Source: Balanoglossus misakiensis
Lineage: Eukaryota; Animalia; Hemichordata
Direction of reading: 5' to 3'
NCBI GenBank assembly: GCA_040954595.2
Contig: CM082593.2
Coordinates: forward strand, 2,081,830-2,145,829
DNA: 64,000 nt
Both the position numbers and the translations under genes were made by a program. Below the pieces are notes generated by a model. It saw only the letters and a list, made by a program, of their open reading frames with translations, was not told where the DNA came from and searched no databases. Each line of letters begins with the position of its first letter. Position 1 is the first letter of the stretch. Shown here piece after piece: positions 48,981 through 60,950 of the stretch.

Positions 48981-51900
48981 ACGAAAAGAACCCCTTCTCA
49001 TGTTTTCATCAATTCGATGTCGACTCTCTTTATGGTTTCGTGTGAACATTTTGCAAGCCAACATATTGGATGCCATAAGGCTTTCGTCGCAAGAGCAGCG
49101 AACACGTTGCCAAACATTGAAAGCGTTGCTGTAGTTCTAAACTGAGAATTCTTCTCCGAGAGCAATCAACTGTGTTGCCACTGTGCAGTTATTGAACCAA
49201 TTGAAAATGCCAAAGTCTGACGCGGCTGATACATCGCCCAGGGGGTTGCAAAGACCCTGTGGAGAGACTGTTCATATACAAAACACTGATCATACAACTA
49301 TAACGCGTCACAATTTTAATTAACAAGGCGCGGAGGTGAAATTCCGTAATTTTGTAATACCATAAATTAAAACCTCACACCTTGAATTCCCTAGTGACCT
49401 AGAGAATACGATCATTATTCTTCCCCACAAAGCAGGAAATAAAATGAGAAATAAGGTCATTTTGTTTTTTATTACGTATCATCTCTATTCCATCCGTCAG
49501 TCAAGTAATAATTTTGCATAATATGAATATACTATCTTATATGGCATTTGAAGGTTATAAGTCAGATTAATGCATGGACAGGAGTTTATATTAAAATGTT
49601 TAATGTTAAAGTTTATGGGATCTTAATGGTCCACGTTCTGTAGTTTAATTGCCTATAAAACTAAAGATTTATTATGGTAATTTGTTGTATAATAATTGTA
49701 CATTTTTCTGATCAAATTGTCGTTAAAAAACATTTTCTTAAGATGTGTGTGTTGTGTTTCCACACACAATAACGATTACCTTCTTTTAACTTGGCACTTT
49801 TATTACCTTGGTATTGTCAAATTTTTCCCATTAAGCTGGTATTGTATTCAGATCACTTCCTCTTGGGAGTTTAGACGATATAAAATAAAGTGTTATTTAT
49901 GTACATTCTACCTATCTGTCTGCCTGAGTGTATCTGTCAGTCTGTTTGTACGTTGCCTGCCTACCATGCTTGTATACTTTCATATCCTTAGCCACAAATT
50001 GAAATGATATTCGTGAGAAATATCCAGGTTTTACTGAACATGAAAACCAGAATGAAATGAATGGCTGGTAAAGTATATTATCCAGAAAAGTCAACATGGC
50101 TGGAACCTGTTTGTATGTGAGTAATAATTCTTTCTCGTGGCATTTCCATGGAAACAAAAAACTCGACCGCACCACGCGCTCGACGTTTGTCACGAGACTC
50201 CCCCAAGCCCAAACAAATAAAAAATACGCTTACGTGGTGCGGCCGGGAAAAGTCATTTATGTATTTTTCCTGGAAAATGAACTTATTCCGCCCCCATATA
50301 ACACGCATTGTTTCCGTTTCTAAATACAGTTTGTCAATACCCAGAAATAACTCACTCTCAGCATTGGAGAACCTTTGTGAAAATTCAGACGTCAATAAAA
50401 AAAAAACAATTGACCCAAATCATGGAGCAAAGTGTACACAATGTCCTTGTGTCTTGCTGCGTCGGTTTAATTTTTCGCACATTAAACTCTTTGTGTAGAT
50501 TTACACTGTACCGAGCAGGTTAATTGAAAAACACAGAAAATATGTTTTGCATGTGTGATATACTGTTTGTCGCTCAGTCTTTCTGAATTTAGCATATTGC
50601 ACACTGCCACAGAAACCATGACATCAGTGATAAATATTTACTGATCATGGGACCATGCGCACATACATACACACACCCCATGATGATCACGTGAATGGTT
50701 TCAAAAATTCGTTTAATAATGTCGAGCATTTCCTTTTCAGAAAATACGATCATAAATAGAAATGGGTATATACACAACGAAAATCATGGGGGCAGTCCAT
50801 AGTGATGGTATTGGCGTTGAACGTTTAATTACGCTCTGTTGGCAGAAATTGATTGGAGCGTGTTTTGCTGAATCTTTGCAAATGACACAGTTTGTCTTCT
50901 GATGACCAGTTCGCTTTCGAAAGGATTCACCGGATTGAAATGTATGTATTCCCTTTAAAATTAACTATGAAATATTCCAAGAAAATACAACTCCGATTTA
51001 TATCTAACGCATTGATGCTCGATGACGTATTCTATAATTTTGATGTTTTTCCCACGCGTTTCAGTTGAGTTCGCGAGAGAAAAACAAGCTTGCCAAATAT
51101 TACGGAGACAAATAGAGTATGAGAAGTATGTTGATGACCTAAATAAGGCGTAGTCTGCCTGTGGATAAAGTTGTGTGAAATCGGTGCTGCTATGTTGAAT
51201 AATTAATTGTATGTACTTGATATGTGTTTACAGGTATCCTCTGTCAAGTGTTTGAGAAAACTTGTTAAAATGCAAACACTTTGTCGATTATAACGATATT
51301 GCATATAGTGCAATGAAACAAAACCCAGGTGTTCGATGTCTTCAAACAAAATGCAGGTTTGTTCTACCAGATATATGTCAAACCTTATAGAAGTCGAGCA
51401 CATCAACCGGACGAGTGTAGACAGCCAGGCTGACTACACGAAACGACAGCGTAGCTCCTTTTACGGAAAGCATAGGTGTTTCCATCAACACGTCATGCCC
51501 TGACAACCGTTTACTTGATAGGAAATTAATTCTCGTGAAATGTCATGGAAAGTATAATACCCTTTCTGCTTAATTTCGGTTTGTGCATTACACTCCTGAT
51601 AGAAATCAACTGCGTGACGTTCTCATAGTAGCGTGCATGCTCGTTATTTGATATATACAAAGACAAGTTCTTTGACCATATGAAAGGTAATCGCTTGATC
51701 CGAGCAGATTAAACGGATTAAACAAGCGTGATCACACATAATCTGACACATAATGGAGCATGAGCTCATTTCGGCGGGAATCGTGGATAATATTTTCCGC
51801 TCGGTGTTTCCTGACAGTACTCTTGCGGGGATTGGAAACGAGCTGAAAAACGTATGAATATTGTGATCTCTTTTCGTGTCAAAGAAGATCTTATGAATGA

Positions 51901-53166
51901 CAACCGAGTTTTAAGAAACTGTAAACGCTTGCATCAGGATAAAATACTAGTACACGATTTCGTGAAAGGGTAAAAAACATCCGGAGATGTAATACTATTG
52001 TCAAACCGGATGCTGTCAAAGTGTAGACATTTTCCACGTCACAAGTTGCTCTGACAGGTAGGTCATATACAGTGATTTGGGGAGGATAAAAACCATGGCC
52101 AATCCCCTTCCAATAAACCAAGGCCGAAGAATCACAAATGAAATAAAAGATATTAAGCTCTTTATCCAAGAATAGAAATCAAACAATTCTCGCATGCAAA
52201 GGTCATGCAAATTTATATACATCTCAGTCCTTGGCTTGTGTTAAAGACCAATTACTGGTAATTGCACAGAAGCTATTGTGCAAAGTTGAGAAAATTCTCT
52301 TTCTCGTTCAATATTTTTTTCTCGTTTGATATTTGGCAGACTAAGCCTCATAACATTTCCATGTGAAAAATCGTCGCTTGCATTAGCAGAATTTGCCAGA
52401 TTTCACTCAGCATTCACTTACCGTTTTCTCAAAACGCCTAAACTAAAAAGTCTTATATCCCCAGCGAATTTTAATTTAATATACCAATATTTCGACCCGG
52501 ACGCTTTGATTAATCATCGAAAATTTGATTTATTTTTCCAGGCCTGACTTTTGAAGGTCACCAATAATGCGATATATTATAAGATAATCACCAGTGACAA
52601 ACGTCAATCGCCACCTTTGACATTTCAAAAATTGAGGAATTAAGAATATCCATGTGCAGCCAGGCAGAAGATATTTGTGATATTAATATTTCAAGGATTT
52701 ATGAAAGTGTTAACATGATGTCTCACTAATTCTTGAGATTCGTGAACGCTTGGAATGCAAACGAGATCTTAAGGCTGCCACTTAAGACAGAAGTAAGCCG
52801 AGAGAAAAAAAAAACTCATTCGAGGAATTTTGCTCAGCAAATTTCCTCTCGTGTGCGAATTTTTAAAATTACTTTTGTGCCATTGACCAAAATATGGCAA
52901 TATCCTAGGCTTTAGCATGTTCTCAGTCTGTCATTTTGACAAGTTCTCCATCTTCTAAACTAGTAGTTCAAAACATTCAAAACATCAACACACAGTGCTA
53001 ATACAGGTGTCTTTCGTGTTCTTATTCCCTATTGGAGCTGATGTGCAATCGATCTTGTGAAGCTGGTTTTGATTGGTCAGCTGCTTTCTTGAATCAATCT
53101 TCAAACAGGTGTTCACAATACAGCAAGTGCGTGAATGTTATATCACCATAGACAGTTTTCATGTGG

Positions 53167-56100
53167 CTATCGTCCGTAGAAGTGTAGTGTAGGCTGTTCC
53201 CGCGCAACTTTCTGTGGAGGACGATTCTGCCGATATATCACCAACCAACCTCTGTACACGTCGTTATCTTGAAGTGTAAAGGGCTTCTTTCGCAGCTTAT
53301 AAACGACAGAGAAAACACCTGCAAGCAGGATAGCCTGAAAAGAAGAGAAGAGAAACATTTAAATAACACAGTGTGGCCAAAAGTAGGCTGAAAGGGTGGC
53401 CTGTATTGTCAACATTGTCTTATAGGAATAAACCAATACATTTAATTAAAAGTCATACAGAATTTAGTTCTTGTTACCTTTGAAGGGTCAACAATAAATG
53501 CTGACAAGAAGATTGATGTAAGTTGTGCCAACAACCACTGCTTGGAAATCACTGGTCCCCATTCAAGGCTGTACAGTACTAAGAAGAACAGTGACAAGAA
53601 TGACGACATAAACACAAGGATCCAGGCAAGACATCTAAGAAAGCATGGCGCTGGAGAACGACCAGGTGCGGTGACGTCACCAGCGCCGTCCACATTGTAA
53701 GAGTTAGGTGCAGGTGAAACTTCAGACTTTGATCCCGACTTCTTGAACAACATTATCATGATTGTGGCCACGGGGACCGTGACTAGAGAACTGATGAGGG
53801 CGATGTAGACCGTACCGAGCGAGAAGCGTTGGGAACCGATCTCCCAAGTTTTGGTGGCGCGCACTTCTTCCTGTCTGCTGTAGAACATGGCGTTGGAAAT
53901 CATGGCCAGGCACAAAATGGCCGCGCAGCAGGATAGTCGTTGTACTCGGTTGAAACCGCTCGGCATTTGTCGGCTCAGAACTGAACCCCACAGATACTCA
54001 TCAAACACCTGGACGCGGATTTGACTCGACAGAAGATGGGCGAATCTCACGAAGTGGCTTTCGTCGGACACGGTGAGCGTTCTGACATCGCCGTCCTCTC
54101 CATCGCCACTCCTGATCCAATCGTAACATAGGAAATTAACCCTGAAAAAAGAGGTTTAAACTTTGTTTAAGTCATTATTGCCAATATAGTGCAAAATAAA
54201 TGCACACCGTTGTCTTGCAATAGTTAACTAAAATTGATTTTGGTAAAAGTTTCTTACCTCTCTTTCGTGAGAATGTCAACGACTTCAATTCGATCCAAAA
54301 ACCACTTGTCAGTTCGTCTTGTGTCAGACTCCTTGAGTGAGACGTCCATTCGATCTATAGGTCCGAGATGGTCTCTCACAGAAACCCAAAAGCTGCAGAC
54401 ACTACCAACGGTCAGTTTCTAAAAGGACAAATAAACATGCTTTTCTTAAACGTGTTTTAACGTATCGAACATATACTTCTGTTCAGGTATACAATTGTGT
54501 GGAAATGAAGCTGCATGAGAACAGTGCTTCAATAAAAGCCGGTAACGTTTCTCTGCGAGGTACAGAAACTCTTTTGAGGAACGCTATTGGATTCTTAAAA
54601 GTGGTTTTCACTGCGGTTTTGCATCATGATCAACAAGACCCGTGGTCACAGCGCAATATAAAACTGAGAAGTCAGTAAATGTCTCGTTGGTGGCGCTATT
54701 AATTCATTCAATAACTTAACACATTACCAATCGATTTTCTCTGTCCACAAGTCGTATGAGCCTGCTTAGTCCTTTCTCGCCAAACAGACGAATGGCCACT
54801 ACGCATGTTGTACCAGAGCCTGGTCTCAGTCCAGTGGAAACATTAATACAGTAGTAAAACTGTTCATCCTTTGAGTTGAACATTTGAGGAACCGAGAACC
54901 ACTGGGGGGAAATTACAAAACTTTATTATAGGTCTTCAGAAAATGGCTTCAGTGACGTGACAGAAACGACGTGTTTGACTGAAACTATCAGTAGTTCTCT
55001 GAACTTGCCTTTTCCAAATCTTGTCTGTCCTTTCGTCTCATTAGCATAACAAGGATAACGTACAAGACGAATAGAGTGACGACAGTAGCAAGCACAACAG
55101 TGTTATCTTTCACGTTCTTCTTGAACACGCTATCAAAATCGATCTGGTTTACCGGGACGAAGAAAGCACGAGCTGTGAACGATGTCAGGTGATCACATTG
55201 GCAGACGACATAGGCGTCGGTTGACCGGTGTACATCAGGCTGCAATATATAAAGTGAATACACACTGTATTTCAGATAACACACAGACTCCTAAGCGAAT
55301 GCATTGGGTCGCATTGCAAAGTTTCAAAATACTTCTCTTAGGCTTGGTCAGTCACGTGTAAAGTCATTCTCGTCAACTATGGTCAGAACGACGTATACCA
55401 ACAAAACTAATAGTACAAATACTCTCCTATTGCTAGTATTCAAATGATATGAAAACATAGCTCAAGCTTATCTTACCCAGCATCCATCTGTCTGCCATCG
55501 TTGGTTTGTTTCATTCCAATACAGACACGAGTAAGACGACAGAGACAGGGTGACAGGTTGAACATTTTGCGCATGACCATTTCCGACTGAAAAAAGGGGG
55601 CAAAAGTTTCATGAAGCACAGTGACTGTGCATGAAGTAATATGTGCATACATGCAGTGAATATTAATCAACGACTACATTCATTTGAAAGGGAATGTGTC
55701 TAATCATGAAGTCTTGAGCTTGTGTCTGGGTAACCAAGACTACGGCTAGCTGTGAATACACCAAATGCGAATATCACGAACGCGCAAGGTTTCATGGGAG
55801 CGGAAGTGCGGAAAATGAACAGCAGACGACGCTAGCGCTATGCACCAACACGGAAGTGGGAGATTTTTGCATGCAAATCGTCAAAATACGAAGGGGCATA
55901 TGGTTTCTGGTTGATAATCTCACTGGTAAGTACCCCTGTGTATGTTTTTAGACTGAATTATTGTATATAATTGTTGTATATCGCGAGACTACGGGCTGCA
56001 CGTACGCGGACGACCGGCGCTGCTCTCTTGGCCGCCGAGGACCTGTACGTTCGCGTTGCGTTGTCTAAGCATGTCCTCATGAAACCTTGCGCGTTCGCGA

Positions 56101-58990
56101 GATTCGCATTGGGTGTATTTCCCTCGCATAAAGTTCAAAATTATTGCACACCAGCGACGGATGAGTTGACAGAAAGCTGAAGCATCTGGGCGTCGTCAGC
56201 GGGGTCAACTGAATTCGCGACCGTGTCACCGTGTAATATCTCAATGCGCCGGAGCTGCAACTGGCGGGGTTCCCGGTCGACTTTGCGTACATAGACCGTG
56301 TAGGTGTCGCTGGCTTGGACAGGGTGCCCGTTGTCGTCGAAAACCTCGAGAGACACAACAGGGGCAAACGCTAAATCTTCCGGAGATTGGCACTTCTTGG
56401 GATTCACCATCGAGCTGATGAACTGGAAGAAATGACGTGCCAGACACATTAGCATCAGATCATACGATAGCAGATAGAAGACACAATCTTCGATCGCCAT
56501 TTCATCAAGCCTGTCTATTCAGAAACCCACAGAACGGTACACTTGTACGTGTACATACCTTACTGGAGATGCTTCGTCCAGAAGTGTTGAGATTACCACC
56601 GGGTGTAAGAAAGAACCCCCCGGCTGCGGGTAGAAGTTTGTTGCCGATGAATCCACCCTGACCTCCGTACTTCCTCACAGTCGCCTCTATCAGACGCGAA
56701 GTGAAGTCGACATCAACAACACCACTCTTTGGCGGTTCGGTTATTGTCGATACCTTGTCAAGGCAGACATCTATTGCTCTGAAGAGGGTTGTTGACAAGC
56801 GGGTGTCCTTTCAAAAGAAAAACGGGGAAATTATGTTGTTAGGCCTATGTCTGGTCAGAGGCCTATAAATTCTCTATTATCCGAAGAGCCATGACTTACC
56901 CGTTCATAATCGAAAAGCAAGTATGATCACTTACCGTTTCACTGCATATGAACATATCTTTACGTTTGAGTTGATCATAAAGATTCGCCTCGATAAGGTT
57001 AGAAGACGCCCTAAATATGTCTGTATAATGAATCCAACAATATTAACGACTTCAATGAGACATAAAATAACATGTAAAAGAATGAGATTTGAGAAGAGGT
57101 TAACAATCGTTTGAAGTTCTTGAAAATACAAAAGTGCATTCTGATCATCCAGTTCAGGTTGTACATCCACCTGAAACTGACAGTGTATTCCATTACTGGA
57201 TCATGTTGATATCTGCAAACTATACGACACCTTTTGCGATTTCGGTGGTTATTTCTTTAAAGTTCCCATCTTGGCCTGAACTTTGTTTAAGGCGCTTGAT
57301 CACATCGGATATAAGCTCAGCTCCCATAATCTGTACGGAAAATGATAGACGTGGTTTCTTGATGTGACATGAATAAGCATTAGTAAATGTTTCCCAGTAT
57401 CAACATCAACAACAAGCACTAATGCCGAGATCACCAAACAAACCCTCAACGCATAGAAGAAAATAGGATATAAACTCGAACATATACCTGTGAACTTAAC
57501 AGAAGCTCTTCGGGAAATCTGAAGGATGTAACAGCAGACAATGCGTCTGCCGTTTGTTCTAAGGTCGTGAGGTCATGCCCACTTTCATGATGGTAGATTC
57601 TGAATATGGCTTCCAATAAGGACGATCGTGCCTGAAAATTGAAATTATTGTGACAATACACTACTGAATCTCTGTTACTTTTCCAATACTTTTGTTTAAG
57701 GGCGGTGCCCAGGTAAATGTTACCGAGATTCCCCACTCTTTTTCGTGACCAAGAGTATCTATTGTTTGCTTTCGATATTTGAATATTTGCGTGACCAGGT
57801 GTTAGGAATTAATTATTTTCGCTCGTAGAAAGAGCCTGCACGTTGTCATGTTGAGTTGCTGCTATTTTGTATTGGCCATGGTGTCTCCTTGTCAAGGAGT
57901 TTTGGATCCAACTTTACTGGTAATTAACCTGTGTGGAGGTGCCTGTCTTGGCGTGAATATTGTGGCAGCAGTTTGGGATTTTGTAGAGGCCTGTGGATTT
58001 TCAAGAAGGTGCCATGGATGACGTTCCGTGAGTACGCAGTTTGAAGTGGAGCTGTCATGAGGGTACGTGAACTACAGGGTTCAAACGGCTAGCGTGTCGT
58101 AACAATATCAATATAGTCATGTGTATAGTACAGGTGCGTGATAAGGTTTAGCTGTTTGCTATTTGCGTGAACACATTTTGAAGAATTATGGTATCATCAC
58201 ATGAAGTGGCTGTTATTTTGCTTGTAATGACTGCAATGTTGACTTGAGAAATAATTGTGCTGGCGTTATTAGCAGCAATGAACTTACCAACTGTAATTCC
58301 TCGATATTAGCTTCACTCCACCCCTAAAAAGCGAGAAAAAGTCGACGAGTAAGATAGTCTAATTAATGCTAGGAATAAATAAATTAATTGCTGTTATTAG
58401 CAAAGCTACTTCCGACTACATAAAATTAATTCCATCACATGACATTAATTGGAATTCGGTCATCACTGTGACATTAAATTAATTGGAGATACTAATAAAC
58501 GTGTAGTGATAGTCAGTATTTTAATTGAAGACTAAACATTACCTGAGACTGAGAATTGAAGACGGCAGCATAAACGTTTACTTCGTTCAGTAGAAGGGTA
58601 TTGTCGGTTGAGTGTAAGTAGATGTCTATGATCTTCCTTTGGAAATCACCGATGTTGTTTAAGTTGATCCACTGTCCTCTCCCGTTGCTTTCCACGACAT
58701 GAGCTCGAAGTTCACAGGCCAGTCCTACAGTATTGTTGTGATCGCATGTTGAGTTCAGCTCGGTCTCATCAGCCTTATTCAAAGCAGTTGATCCTATAAA
58801 CCAAAACCAAAATGAGCAACAGCTATTACTGTTGACTAGTGTGTTTCCTTGGATTGTGAAAGGCCATGGCTATGTTAATACAGCAGTTTTTGAATAACAC
58901 TGTTATTTGTCACCTACCTGTGCATTCTTGTTTGTCTTGAGCTCTGACACAGCACAGTAACGAAAGCAATACAGCTATCAATCGAAACAT
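53167..58990 (-). CDS. Polycystin-1-like (PKD1L-type) protein: signal peptide, GAIN/GPS, TM1, PLAT, TM2-5; exons 58990-58918, 58793-58543, 58323-58288, 57631-57488, 57330-57231, 57020-56935, 56807-56559, 56422-56152, 55586-55477, 55239-55009, 54901-54728, 54418-54258, 54141-53478, 53334-53167; ~905 aa
   Basis: MFRLIAVLLSLLCCVRA signal peptide; GPS CLYWNETNQRWQTDGC...CQCDHL/TSF; FFVPVNQIDF plus TM1; PLAT YCINVSTGLRPGSGTT...LFGEKG...WFLDRIEV...FLCYDW; YLWGSVLSR...FNRVQRLSCC...ISNAMFY (PKD1 TM2 signature); all 13 introns phase-compatible. N-terminal exons are less certain than the GPS-TM5 part. Confidence 0.85.
55755..56119. repeat. 42-bp inverted repeat (55755-55796 / 56078-56119), MITE-like, in a PKD1L intron
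   Basis: AATACACCAAATGCGAATATCACGAACGCGCAAGGTTTCATG and its reverse complement with 3 mismatches. Confidence 0.8.
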
Positions 58991-60936
58991 CTTTGGTTTT
59001 TATATTGCCTACCCACGGTTACTTCACACGCTACTGTAAGCTCTCCGATACCGGCGACCCAGTCGTTCTTGTAAAACGATTGCTCGCCAGAAATTCGAAC
59101 CTTCGTCATTCACTGTATACTGCAAATTGTTTGATGCCATGGTTACAGTGGTGCGACACGCCCCCGAAACCACCAGCCGAAGATTCTGATAATTGCTTTA
59201 TGAAGTGTTGCAACGCTATTGGTTAACAGGGAATGGGTCCGTCGATATGACTGAGATGCCTGCTCATATTAAAGAAAGTTAGACTTCAGTATCCATGAAC
59301 ACATGTTTCAATATTGAATGATCTATGTGTGTCTTGTTTTAGTCTGTTCTACTATTCGCTATGATGTCTGCCACACCCACTTATACGAACAAGCACCGTT
59401 TCGGTCGACTGAACAAGGTGGGAAGCTCGTGTTTGTTGAAAGGTCACCATTTGTTTAATTATGTTGTGCACACGATGAATTCATCTTTTTTCGGCTGATG
59501 GGCAATTTAATATTGCTAACGTAATGAACCGTCTTATTCACAAAACGCACAATTTGGTATTGTCCACAAGCTAATCATCAATCCACCCGGCCATCCATCA
59601 TATGATGCTGTATTGTTTAATTGATCTTCAAAACTCTGACTAAACATTTCTTGCTAATCAGCTTGAGCAACCCTGGAAGCAAATTTTTAAATGCGAACTT
59701 TGGTAATTACAATACTGCCTGGCGCCACCACATGTTGTATTCCGTTGAGTTTTTTGTTTTCACTACCGAACAACATCAAAACTATTCAGTCCTGTCATCA
59801 GACGTAAACCAGCAAGTAAAAACACGTTAAAAACCGATAAGCTTTATCGCTCAAAACTTGTCTGAAAAATCAACAGTATTGAAGAGAAGACTTCAAGTGA
59901 ATGCGAAATAATTAAAGTGGTCGTAATAATTAAAGTGGTAGGACCTTCTTCTGTCAGTCGTATTTTACTGAATGTTTGTCGGTAAATTTTAATACCTAGT
60001 TTGGAAATATTCGTAAAATAAAAATGCTTTCTTCGTGTATGGAAAGTTTAGTATTACAAGAAAATATAGTGTGGGTATATTTTGACAGGCACGTTGCATG
60101 TGTCCCATCTGTGTATACCTATATTTAATTAACTGACCAGGAGGGGCAAGTTTGTTTATCATATCAATCGGGCGCACGGTGTGGTGATATGATGGGTCCG
60201 GTTTTGATTATTTGCTTATTTCCTTCAGTGAGCGTTGATGGGTCTGACGTCAGCTGCAAAATATACCCGTGGTCTCCCTTGGTGACACAGCCTACTTCTT
60301 TTTGAATGACCACGATATCGTGTGCACCAATCATCATGATTACGACTAGACCTGTGAGGCATACGAGGGTTTCGTAGTTATTTAGCTGAACTTTTTTATC
60401 TACCCAGTTTTATAATCTCAGCATGTAAATCTACTCAAATGAGATCTCAAATTTACAACAGGCCAATAATTACTCATTGGGAAAACAGCAAAAGCAATAT
60501 TTTTAACGAATGGTCCGCCCGTCTCATCAAACGTTATTAATGGCACAGCTGAGAGTAACAGGATAGCGGTCCAAATATAGTTTATATCGTGTTCGTCGAT
60601 TAAGATGGGCTAGGAATTCTAAAAATTCGCTTATGTACCCTTGTGCTGGTATCTAGTATTGTACGATTAACAAGAGGCCGCGCTATGTCCTCTTTCTCAA
60701 TAACACAGTAAGGCTGCACCCTCTGGCCAACTTCTCCTTCGCCTCCTTGAGCCTGTATAAGACAGCTGGCCAAGAAACCGATCTCACTTTTTACGTCACG
60801 AATTGAAAACGGGGTCTGCAACATCCCCAAGAGTTTTGTGTGCGCTGTGTTGTTTATAAAGAAATGTAACTTGAGAAGACGCTCATCTGTTTATAGTGAA
60901 CGCAGCAGGTTTCACCCTCTTAATACGGCACGCGCC

Positions 60937-60950
60937 GTCACCATGGTAAC
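60937..60950. promoter_or_regulatory. RFX X-box motif upstream of the PKD1-like gene
   Basis: GTCACCATGGTAAC fits GTNRCC-AT-RGYAAC; about 1.95 kb upstream of the ATG at 58990. Confidence 0.4.

Noticed and set aside
52822-52848. 27-bp near-perfect palindrome GAGGAATTTTGCT-C-AGCAAATTTCCTC downstream of PKD1L
   Set aside because: An isolated hairpin in repeat-like sequence; a bacterial-type terminator is not applicable and no other function is supportable.
57893-58071. Extra PKD1L exon (FTYPHDSSTSNCV...)
   Set aside because: Acceptor-like start and an open frame, but no phase-0 donor compatible with the next exon; the model is in frame without it.
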